Shown here one piece after another: positions 1 to 7,549 of a stretch of 32,000 nt of DNA. The stretch lies in contig NZ_CP021983.2 in the NCBI RefSeq assembly GCF_002075285.3, forward strand, positions 3,120,001 through 3,152,000, in the 5' to 3' direction. The first letter of the stretch is position 1, and each line of letters opens with the position of its first letter. The notes beneath the pieces were generated by a model. The model was not told the DNA's origin. It did no database searches and saw only the letters and a program-made list of their open reading frames with translations. The translations under genes and the position numbers were made by a program. The DNA is from Halomicronema hongdechloris C2206. GTDB lineage: Bacteria > Cyanobacteriota > Cyanobacteriia > Phormidesmidales > Phormidesmidaceae.

Positions 1-196
1 ACAACTGGGGTGATTCAGACCCTAGCGTAGTCAGGGGCAATTCGTCCTTTTGACCTCTGCCTGTGGCTAGAGGCGAAGGTCATACAGTCACCATCTCGCG
101 CTTTAGGGCGGTGGCGAAATGCCTCTTCTGAGCGATGTGGGTCATTGTATTCCTTTCATAGAATTTAAATGGCGACATCAACAGGAGGGTTACTCT

Positions 197-538
197 ATGG
201 CACAGCCAGAGACAACACCAATTCGACAACCGACGTCACCCGAAATGCTGTCTCCAGAGCAAAAGCAAACCCATCGCCGCATTCTGGAAACAGAGAATCC
301 CACCGTGAATCCTGGAGATCGGGTGGATGAGTCCCTGTCTCTAGAAGAAAAGGCGCAGCAGGTGGCCATTAACACCCCGGACATCACCGCCGAGGCCGTG
401 GTCATTCCCACCTATTTCATCGTGGATAATCCCGACGGCAGCCGTCAGGCTCTTCACCATGTCCGGGATGCCGAGGCCATTTCCGATGTGATTCGTCAGG
501 CTCGCACCACAGAGGACGGCGAGCGGGTCTGGTGGTAA
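197..538 (+). CDS. hypothetical protein (113 aa from ATG 197; frame is open from 119)
   Basis: Open frame 119..538. The ATG at 197 is preceded by AGGAGG at 183-188 (8-nt spacer). No family recognised from the translation. Followed by a strong hairpin at 612-650. Confidence 0.5.
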   Translation: MAQPETTPIRQPTSPEMLSPEQKQTHRRILETENPTVNPGDRVDESLSLEEKAQQVAINTPDITAEAVVIPTYFIVDNPDGSRQALHHVRDAEAISDVIRQARTTEDGERVWW

Positions 539-611
539 TAGGCCTTGGCCCGGTATCTAGCCGCCATAGGAACGGCTAGGGCACCGGCATCGCCATTGTG
601 ATCATCGTAGT

Positions 612-650
612 CATCCCCCTACGCCTGACTGATGCAGGCGTAGGGGGATG
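612..650 (+). terminator. stem-loop terminator between convergent genes
   Basis: Perfect 16-bp inverted repeat CATCCCCCTACGCCTG (612-627) / CAGGCGTAGGGGGATG (635-650) with a 7-nt loop, followed by CTGTTTC. Lies between ORF 197..538 (+) and ORF 686..1090 (-). Confidence 0.6.
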
Positions 651-685
651 CTGTTTCATGGGCTGTGTGTGGAACTATCGACTCA

Positions 686-1090
686 TTAGTCTGTTTGCAA
701 GGACGGCCAAGCAGTGCTTGACATCTCGTTGAGTTTTACGGCCATGGGCTCAGCTTGGGAGTCCGCCGCGGTTTCCTCGGTAACTGCTGTTCCTGCAGCA
801 ATAAACTTGGCCTCTAACAGAGAAGGGATGGTCCTTAATATCTGAGTTTGGCCTAGCGGTTGTTTCACAACAGGGCTAGGGAGTTGATTGTCAGTGGTTG
901 AGCCCCAGTTGGACATTTGGAATGCCGGTAGTTTCAGGGAACTAGCTTGGGAGGAGAGATTGAGATCCGCTGAGTAGGGCACTTGGGGATCGGCAATGGC
1001 TACCGCTACGATAGCCAGGGTTGTCAAAATGCTACTGCTGAGAACTTGATGGAGTCGCCGAGAGCGAGGACGAAGTGTTTCGTTAGGCAT
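686..1090 (-). CDS. hypothetical membrane-anchored or secreted protein
   Basis: ORF 686..1159. The internal ATG at 1088-1090 gives MPNETLRPRSRRLHQVLSSSILTTLAIVAVAIA, a charged N-terminus followed by one hydrophobic helix. The remainder is Ser/Thr/Gln-rich with no recognisable family. Confidence 0.4.
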   Translation of the reverse strand: MPNETLRPRSRRLHQVLSSSILTTLAIVAVAIADPQVPYSADLNLSSQASSLKLPAFQMSNWGSTTDNQLPSPVVKQPLGQTQILRTIPSLLEAKFIAAGTAVTEETAADSQAEPMAVKLNEMSSTAWPSLQTD

Positions 1091-1285
1091 ACCTAAGAGA
1101 ATAAAATTGTCGCGTATCTTCCATATACTTAATTCTATGGTAAACGAAGACGATATCAAAGTCCTCTATCATCGGCCAGAAAGTATCTTGGCTGACTCCG
1201 TCAATTCGCACTGTCTGGATCGAGGCAACTGTTGTGTCTAGGGCATCAGAGGGGCATCTCAGCCGTTACGATGTAAATTGAATCC

Positions 1286-2476
1286 ATGGGTGGTCAGAGT
1301 GCTGTGACTAACGTATTGATCTTGCATTCGTCGTTGGGGTCGGGCCACATTAGTGCCTCGAAAGCGTTACAGGAAGCCTTCGCCCGCTTCCCCCAGATGA
1401 CGGTGCGCAGCGAAGATGCCTTAGAGCATGCCAGTCCGGTCTATCGACGGGTAGTGCGGGAGGCCTATGAGCAGCTGAGTGAGCGCTTGCCCCAACTCTA
1501 CAAGGCCTATTACGAAGGCAGCGATGTGGAGGATCTAGAAAAATCTCTGGACAGCAATTTGACCTGGGCTAAGTTGGAGCGGCCTTTTTTTCGCAAGCTG
1601 GAGAATTTAGTCCAAGCGGCTAATCCAGATGTGGTGGTATGCGTGCAGCAAATTCCCAGTCGTCTACTGCAGCTAGTCGAGAAACAAGATACGGTGCGGC
1701 GGCCTCAGTATGTGGTAATCACCGATGCCATTGCCCACAGTACTTGGATCAACTACGGCGTCAGTGGCTATTTTCTGCCCAATGATCTGGGCCGGAATTT
1801 TCTGGTCCAGCGGGGGGTCGATCCAGCCCTGCTGCATGTAACCGGGATTCCGATTCGCCTGGAAATCATGGAACAGAAGCATAAGGCGACGGTGCGATCG
1901 CAGCTGGAACTGCCCCCAGACAGCCGGGTCGTCACCCTGATGGGGGGTGGGTTGTCCCCGAAGCGCGTCCATGAAGTGGTTTCAGACTTATTGGAGTATG
2001 CCTGCCTGGATGTGTTGGTGGTGGCGGCCGGTCGCAATCAGGATCTGCTGGACGCCATCGCCGATCTCAGCAGCCACGATACCGTCAGCCTGCGTAAGCT
2101 CGGTATGATCGATTACATTGACGATCTGATCGTGGCCAGTGATCTGGTCATCACCAAGGCCGGGGGGCTCATTACCAGCGAAATTCTGGCCCGGGGCACG
2201 CCGATGATTCTGGTGGATCCCATCCCCGGTCAGGAAGAACAGAATGCCGATGTGATTGCGGCCTCCGGAGCGGGGGTGCAGCTGCGATTGCTGGAGATGG
2301 TTGCCCCGGCTGTGGGGCATCTGCTCAGCCATCCAGAGCGCCTGGCCGACATGAGCGAGGCCGCCCTCAGTTTGGGCCGTCCCGAGGCGGCCCTGGCCAT
2401 TGCCCGCCATATTATCGAGCACTGGCAGCAAGATCGGCAGCGGTTGGCCTCCCTGGCTCCAGCAAACAACTCGTAA
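1286..2476 (+). CDS. GT28-family glycosyltransferase, MGDG-synthase/UgtP-like (diacylglycerol glycosyltransferase-like)
   Basis: The N-terminus VLILHSSLGSGHISASKALQEAF and the following 170 aa resemble the MGDG-synthase/UgtP N-domain. The C-terminal half (VITKAGGLITSEILARGTPMILVDPIPGQEEQNA) resembles the GT28 C-terminal nucleotide-sugar domain. Confidence 0.8.
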   Translation: MGGQSAVTNVLILHSSLGSGHISASKALQEAFARFPQMTVRSEDALEHASPVYRRVVREAYEQLSERLPQLYKAYYEGSDVEDLEKSLDSNLTWAKLERPFFRKLENLVQAANPDVVVCVQQIPSRLLQLVEKQDTVRRPQYVVITDAIAHSTWINYGVSGYFLPNDLGRNFLVQRGVDPALLHVTGIPIRLEIMEQKHKATVRSQLELPPDSRVVTLMGGGLSPKRVHEVVSDLLEYACLDVLVVAAGRNQDLLDAIADLSSHDTVSLRKLGMIDYIDDLIVASDLVITKAGGLITSEILARGTPMILVDPIPGQEEQNADVIAASGAGVQLRLLEMVAPAVGHLLSHPERLADMSEAALSLGRPEAALAIARHIIEHWQQDRQRLASLAPANNS

Positions 2477-2488
2477 TCATCCACCACC

Positions 2489-4048
2489 ATGGCAGATGTT
2501 TCCAGTCCCTTTCTCTGGGGCGTCTCTACCTCAGGCTATCAGCACGAAGGGGGCTATAACGGCCCTCAACAGCCCTACAACAATTGGGCCGCGTGGGAAC
2601 AGCAGGGACGGGTGGCCACCACCGGCGGCGCCGCCGATTTCTGGCATCGCTATCAGGCCGATTTTCAGCGTTGCCGTCAGATGGGCCTGAATGCCTTTCG
2701 CCTCAGCATCGAGTGGGCCCGGGTGCAGCCCAGCACTCACCTGGGGGATACCTCGCCGCCGCCGTTGGATCGGCAGGCCTTGGCCGCGTATTGCGATCGC
2801 ATCGCCGCCTGTCGCCACCATGGCCTAGAACCTTTGGTCACCCTGCAACACTTCACCCATCCCGCCTGGCTGGGCACCGACGCCTGGCTGCAACCCCAGA
2901 CCGTAGACGCCTACCTGGCCTATGTTCGGGCCGCAGTCACCACCATCAACCAGCAACTGCAGGAGCGCTACCAACAGCCCCCCATCCGCTGGTATATCAC
3001 CATCAACGAGCCCAATATCCTGGTGGCCAATACCTACTTGAAGGGGGAATTTCCCGGCCACCGTTGGGGCGTCGCGGCAGCCCTGACCGCCTATACCCAT
3101 CTGCTGTCGGCCCATATCCGCGCCTATAACCTGATCCACGATCTCTACGAGGCCGCAGACTGGCCCACCCCTCAGGTGACCTTCAACACCTACTGCAGCG
3201 ATCTCTACTGGTCGGAGAAGGTGCTGTGGGACTTGATGATGATGCGATCGCGGCAGATTCCAGCCACCCAGATAGAGCCCTACATCCACCAGCAAGCCAC
3301 TGAGTGGGAAACCACCCTGGACAAGGCCGATCTGCCCTTTACGCAAGACTTAGCCTATCGCATCGGTCAGGGTGTCCGCTGGGTGGCCAACGCCATCGGC
3401 CATCGCCTGTTTAACGCCGAGCAGGTGGCCGGAGTCCTAGACACCCTGCAGGCCTCCCCCCGGGACCAGGTGGTCGACTTCCTGGCCATCGACTATTATG
3501 ATCCCTTCTTCGCCCACAGCCTCCGCTGGCCCACCTTCTCAGACGTGGAATCCAGCATTAACGATCTGCGTAGTTGGCTCATGAGTGGCATCACCAGCAA
3601 ATGGTGGGACTGGCGTTGCCTGCCGGAAGGGCTGAGCTTCTTCGTCAGAGCCTACACCGATGACTTTCATCTACCGCTGCTGATTGCCGAAAATGGCATG
3701 GCCCTGCGCCGCACCACAGATAACCAGGTGGCCCCGCCCCGTTCCGACCAACTGCAGCGCAGTGAATTCCTCCAGGCCCACCTGCAGCAAGTGCATCAGC
3801 TCCGGCAAGACCAGGTGCCCCTGCTGGGCTACTTCCACTGGTCCCTCACCGATAACTACGAATGGGGCTCCTACACCCCCCGGTTTGGCCTGTTTGCCAT
3901 CGACTTCAGCCACAGTCCCCAACGACAGCCCACCGACCACCTGCAGGATTGCCCCTCTGAGACCTATGCCCGTCTGATTCAGGCCGCAGTCCCCCCAGAG
4001 GCCTCAGCCTCCTTCTCAGCCTCCGAGGGACGTCATTCGACCCTGTAG
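2489..4048 (+). CDS. glycoside hydrolase family 1 (beta-glucosidase/beta-glycosidase-like)
   Basis: GH1 signatures are present: FLWGVSTSGYQHEGG at the N-terminus, acid/base motif TINEPN, nucleophile motif IAENGM, and HWSLTDNYEWGSYTPRFGL near the C-terminus. Starts 12 nt after the GT28 stop. Confidence 0.9.
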   Translation: MADVSSPFLWGVSTSGYQHEGGYNGPQQPYNNWAAWEQQGRVATTGGAADFWHRYQADFQRCRQMGLNAFRLSIEWARVQPSTHLGDTSPPPLDRQALAAYCDRIAACRHHGLEPLVTLQHFTHPAWLGTDAWLQPQTVDAYLAYVRAAVTTINQQLQERYQQPPIRWYITINEPNILVANTYLKGEFPGHRWGVAAALTAYTHLLSAHIRAYNLIHDLYEAADWPTPQVTFNTYCSDLYWSEKVLWDLMMMRSRQIPATQIEPYIHQQATEWETTLDKADLPFTQDLAYRIGQGVRWVANAIGHRLFNAEQVAGVLDTLQASPRDQVVDFLAIDYYDPFFAHSLRWPTFSDVESSINDLRSWLMSGITSKWWDWRCLPEGLSFFVRAYTDDFHLPLLIAENGMALRRTTDNQVAPPRSDQLQRSEFLQAHLQQVHQLRQDQVPLLGYFHWSLTDNYEWGSYTPRFGLFAIDFSHSPQRQPTDHLQDCPSETYARLIQAAVPPEASASFSASEGRHSTL

Positions 4049-4615
4049 CTGAATCAGCTGCCTGTCACAGTTAACCGGCAAGATATGAGGCTGCTTAGAC
4101 CACACCAATTGTTCCTCTTCCACTAATTGATGCAGTAGTCGCGTGATAGTCACCCGAGTGCTACCAATCGTTTCGGCGATTTCCTGGTGGGTGGGACGAA
4201 AGGGCAATCGCCATCCCTGACCGACGGGATAGCCCAAATTCATCCCCAACCACTGGAGAAACTGCATCAAGCGACAGTCGACCCGCCGACTATGGAGAAT
4301 ATACAAAAGCTGTTGAGCCTGTTGTAGGTGAGCCGCCGAGACGCGGGCAGTGAGTTGATACTGGGAATCCAACGGCACCGCCATCACCGGCGTTAAACAC
4401 TGAATGTCGTAATGGTCGACCAAGGCCACGGCGGCCCCAACAATACTGCCCTGGCCCCAAAACCCCAAAGGCACCACCGCTCCTTCATAGTTCCAGGTAA
4501 TGGTCCTCACCACCCCAGCGTGAATGCGCCACCAATGAGACCCTCGAACTGGAATCCGAGCCGAGCGCTTGAACATCTGAGGCGCAGTATCCAAGACAGT
4601 TGCAGGCCTAGCCAT
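4016..4615 (-). CDS. Crp/Fnr-family transcriptional regulator
   Basis: 199 aa. C-terminal helix-turn-helix THQEIAETIGSTRVTITRLLHQLVEEEQL follows an effector-domain-length N-terminal region. Lies 36 nt downstream of flavodoxin on the same strand. Its 3' end overlaps the GH1 3' end by 33 nt (convergent). Confidence 0.8.
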   Translation of the reverse strand: MARPATVLDTAPQMFKRSARIPVRGSHWWRIHAGVVRTITWNYEGAVVPLGFWGQGSIVGAAVALVDHYDIQCLTPVMAVPLDSQYQLTARVSAAHLQQAQQLLYILHSRRVDCRLMQFLQWLGMNLGYPVGQGWRLPFRPTHQEIAETIGSTRVTITRLLHQLVEEEQLVWSKQPHILPVNCDRQLIQLQGRMTSLGG

Positions 4616-4651
4616 GGCATTTTCTCCTGACGACGAATACCTACCGCCTAT

Positions 4652-5164
4652 CTATAGCCCTAACTCTTGCTTGAGCTGGGCTGTCCAGGCTTGGATACGC
4701 TTAGCCGTCTTGTCAGATTCGTTGTCTTCATCCAAGGCCAACCCACAGAACTTGCCATGCCGCAACGCTCTGGACTCATTGAAGTCATAATCATCGGCAG
4801 GCCAATACCCCACTGTCTTGCCCCCCAGAGCCGTAATTTTCTCTTCCAAGATGCCGATGGCATCCATGAAATTATCGGCATAGCCCACCTGGTCACCGGT
4901 GCCAAAATAGGCCACGGTCTTGCCACTGAAGTCCATGTCATCAAGCTCTGGAAACGCCCCATCCCAGTCACTTTGTAGCTCACCAATATCCCAAGTAGGG
5001 CAACCAATGATCAGACAGTCATATTCCGCCATCTGGTCCTCGTCTCCATCGGCAATGTCATGTAAGGCCACGACCGCCTCACCGCCCAAGGCTGCCTGAA
5101 TTTGCTCGGCAGCATCCGCTGTCTTACCTGTAGTCGATCCATAAAAGAGTCCAATGGTTGCCAT
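4652..5164 (-). CDS. isiB: long-chain flavodoxin
   Basis: MATIGLFYGSTTGKTADAAEQI (FMN phosphate-binding loop), GCPTWDIGELQSDW and FGTGDQVGYADNF are classic long-chain flavodoxin motifs. 170 aa. Confidence 0.92.
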   Translation of the reverse strand: MATIGLFYGSTTGKTADAAEQIQAALGGEAVVALHDIADGDEDQMAEYDCLIIGCPTWDIGELQSDWDGAFPELDDMDFSGKTVAYFGTGDQVGYADNFMDAIGILEEKITALGGKTVGYWPADDYDFNESRALRHGKFCGLALDEDNESDKTAKRIQAWTAQLKQELGL

Positions 5165-5328
5165 AATAATGTTTCCTGATTAGGGTCTTTCCCTTGAGAT
5201 CCATCAATCCTCCGCCACCTGCCTAGGACCACGCAGCAACCTAGCGACACTAAAGCCAGCTCAACTTCTGCAGCACAGTGGACAGTAAATCACCAGGGCC
5301 AGCCATAGGCAGGTAGACAAAGGGTTAA

Positions 5329-5355
5329 GCTTATTGAGATATAAAATCAATAAGC
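5329..5355. promoter_or_regulatory. perfect 9-bp inverted repeat with 9-nt AT spacer upstream of isiB (candidate operator)
   Basis: GCTTATTGA (5329-5337), GATATAAAA, TCAATAAGC (5347-5355), about 180 nt upstream of the isiB start. A second palindrome, GAGAATAATTCTC, lies at 5401-5413 and is loosely Fur-box-like (about 11/19 to GATAATGATAATCATTATC by eye). Confidence 0.3.
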
Positions 5356-5473
5356 CCTGAGGAAAGTATCTCCAGGTATGACCAAGAAGTCAATACTATC
5401 GAGAATAATTCTCTTTTATAGATAGCCAAAAGAATTCCCATCCCTAGCCAACAACAGCTGCTCCGATGCCGAC

Positions 5474-6427
5474 CTAAGCAGTAGGCTTACGCGCCACGAT
5501 GGTGCGATGGCGGGGGTCGCTGGCAACAGTGACAGGCGGATCAAATCCAATCTGGCTCAAGGCCCTCTCTAGATCGAAGGTGTAGTAATCATCGCTCCAG
5601 GGTTCGGTGCTTTTCATCAGGGTAAATAGCACCGGCGGCAGGTTTTGAATTACCGGAGAGCGGGGATTATTATCCACTAGGGCCAGGGCTCCCTGGGGAC
5701 GCAACAATCGCAGCACCTCCTTAAAAATGGCCTGGGTGGCCTGCCGGGGCAGTTCATGGACCACAAACTGCAGGGTGATCAAATCAAAGGCGTTATCTGG
5801 CAACCCGGTGGCCTCGGCGGGGGCGTGCAACCACTGGGCGATGTCCTGCTGCTGATCCTGCAACTTGGCCACCGCCAGCATATAGGGAGATAAATCTAGG
5901 CCCACCGTGCGTACCGGCTGAGACTGACGCCCTTGGTAGAAGCGATGCAAGGTCACGGTGGAGATGCCCACGGAGCAGCCGATATCCAAGATATCCTGGA
6001 CAGCTTCAGGGCCATGCTCTGCTAACACCTGATGGAAACTACCCCGCAGTCGGGCCTGGGCGGCTTGCCAGGTCAAGGATTCTTTGGGCCAGACTCGCAG
6101 GGCCATGGCATAGGTGGCTGGGGCCGCTTCATAGGCGGCTTGCCAGCAGAGATTGCCTTGGTCATAGGCATGGAACGGCACCTGATAATAGTCGGGATAG
6201 GTGACGGTGGGATTGCTCACCTGACTCAGCAGGGACTCTGTATCGATTGCCGCCAATTGCTCACAGGTCTGCCGCCAGGGCACCCCTTTCTGCTCCGCCG
6301 TCTTGATTAAGACCCGGCGGGCTTGCCGCTTCATGACGGCGTAGAGGGGCTTGGTCTGGATCAGCCCATTGACCAGGCGTGCTAGTAAATCTTCTCCGGC
6401 CCAGTCTGGTTTGAGTTTGGCGACCAT
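5474..6427 (-). CDS. class I SAM-dependent methyltransferase
   Basis: SAM-binding motif I ILDIGCSVGIST, then DLITLQFVVHELP and LRLLRPQGALALVD. 317 aa. Substrate is not assignable from sequence alone. Confidence 0.8.
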   Translation of the reverse strand: MVAKLKPDWAGEDLLARLVNGLIQTKPLYAVMKRQARRVLIKTAEQKGVPWRQTCEQLAAIDTESLLSQVSNPTVTYPDYYQVPFHAYDQGNLCWQAAYEAAPATYAMALRVWPKESLTWQAAQARLRGSFHQVLAEHGPEAVQDILDIGCSVGISTVTLHRFYQGRQSQPVRTVGLDLSPYMLAVAKLQDQQQDIAQWLHAPAEATGLPDNAFDLITLQFVVHELPRQATQAIFKEVLRLLRPQGALALVDNNPRSPVIQNLPPVLFTLMKSTEPWSDDYYTFDLERALSQIGFDPPVTVASDPRHRTIVARKPTA

Positions 6428-6543
6428 GGCATCTGCACAGTATCTATCCCGAAGCCTATTCTATAGCGTTGGCCAGTCGGTTAAGCGGAGAGAGGAATAG
6501 GCTATCCATAGCAAAATGGTGTCAGCGGTGCTAGTCAGGAATC

Positions 6544-6954
6544 TTATGCTCCGTAGTCAGGAGATTCACTCAGTTTATCGAGGTAGGTGATGGCCGCCTT
6601 TGCCAAAACGGTCTCTTCTAGATAATGCTTGGCGACTTCTCCAACAGTGGCTTTGAGCGCCTGGGCATGACGTTCGGGATTGAGGAGTTGCTGGCGCAGC
6701 GTTGTGAGGCGATGATGGGGCGACTGTTGGATGTCGGTGAACTCAGCATCGATGATGGCCAGGGCTTCAGTTTCGGTGGTGACGCTGGGATGCCGAGCCT
6801 GAAGCTGGGTGAGTAGCGCTTGCAGGTCAGCGATCGCCTGTTTAACCTTTGGGTCACTCGGATGGTTATTTTGAGTCTCGATGTAGGTTTCAACTTGCTC
6901 AAAAATTTGCACTTTTTCGGCTTTGGGAAAATGGTATTTCGAACTCTCAGTCAT
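6544..6954 (-). CDS. hypothetical all-helical 136-aa protein, last gene of the NACHT-ParDE string
   Basis: Intact ORF. Its ATG (6952-6954) overlaps the TGA (6951-6953) of the frame-corrected ParE reading frame (ATGA overlap). Gln/Leu/Glu-rich, no TM segment, no motif recognised. Confidence 0.6.
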   Translation of the reverse strand: MTESSKYHFPKAEKVQIFEQVETYIETQNNHPSDPKVKQAIADLQALLTQLQARHPSVTTETEALAIIDAEFTDIQQSPHHRLTTLRQQLLNPERHAQALKATVGEVAKHYLEETVLAKAAITYLDKLSESPDYGA

Positions 6955-7272
6955 GGCTCCGGCTCCTGTTCCAAAATGAATTCCAGATTTTGAGCCCCGT
7001 GGAGGACTCGAATAATCTCAACGGCTTCGGGGTGTATTTGATAGAATGATATGTTTGTTGAAGCCTTTGATGGGATATTGACGCACTTGAGCGAGTTTTG
7101 GCGTTGTGAAACCGCTCAATTTTCCAATTGCAGGTAACTCGGCAATGCGTTGGAAAGTAGCCTCGGCGGCATAGATAAAGCGATCTCCCGCATCAAGATT
7201 ATCTCGACTGATGTATGTAGCATGGTCAATTAGATCTTGAATAACAACGGGGCGTTTGATTAGATTAGCCAT
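6951..7272 (-). pseudogene. parE: ParE/RelE-family toxin, interrupted by a frameshift near 7044-7050
   Basis: ORF 7018..7272 encodes a ParE-like N-terminal part (...VRQYPIKGFNKHII) and then stops after LSNTPRSR. The adjacent frame continues from 7046 as FYQIHPEAVEIIRVLHGAQNLEFILEQEPEP*, the canonical ParE C-terminus (IFY...I.RVLHG). A 1-nt insertion or 2-nt deletion in AAACATATCATTCTATCAA would explain it. Confidence 0.75.
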
Positions 7273-7522
7273 GCTGAGATTGATCGCTCTGATTCTTGCG
7301 TACGTTCGAGCGAATGGTTTCCCAGTCGGCAGCGGTCATCGGGGTTGCCTCGCCCGATTCTAGTCCTTCAAGGAGAAGCGGTTCGAGATGTTCCTGGCGG
7401 GCTTTATCTTGCTGAATTAGAGCCTGGATGTAGGCATCTGCCGTACTGAATTCACCAGAGTCGATGCGAGCTTGCAGGTAAGCAGTTAGGGCTTCAGGAA
7501 GGGAGACAGTGAAAGTTGTCAT
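7265..7522 (-). CDS. parD: ParD-family (RHH/CopG-like) antitoxin
   Basis: 85 aa. MTTFTVSLPEALTAYLQARIDSGEFSTADAYIQALIQQD is typical of the ParD antitoxin family. Its stop overlaps the parE start by 8 nt (ATGGCTAA-type overlap). Confidence 0.8.
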   Translation of the reverse strand: MTTFTVSLPEALTAYLQARIDSGEFSTADAYIQALIQQDKARQEHLEPLLLEGLESGEATPMTAADWETIRSNVRKNQSDQSQHG

Positions 7523-7549
7523 GGTTTTCTCAGGGGAAGGACGGCGATT

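Noticed and set aside
2584-3346. Long alternative-frame and antisense ORFs inside GC-rich genes. Examples: 2584..3129(+), 2825..3346(-), 14703..15149(+), 16971..17600(+), 21842..22519(+), 23313..23828(+), 12118..12558(+).
   Set aside because: Each lies entirely within, or mostly overlaps, a gene with clear family motifs. Their translations are Arg/Pro/Gly-rich nonsense typical of shadow ORFs in high-GC coding DNA, and none has an RBS.
6453-6503. 9-bp inverted repeat AGCCTATTC ... GAATAGGCT downstream of the 136-aa ORF, considered as its terminator
   Set aside because: The loop is 33 nt and there is no U-tract on the minus strand after the stem, so it is not a convincing intrinsic terminator. 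It could still be a protein-binding site or a weak structure.
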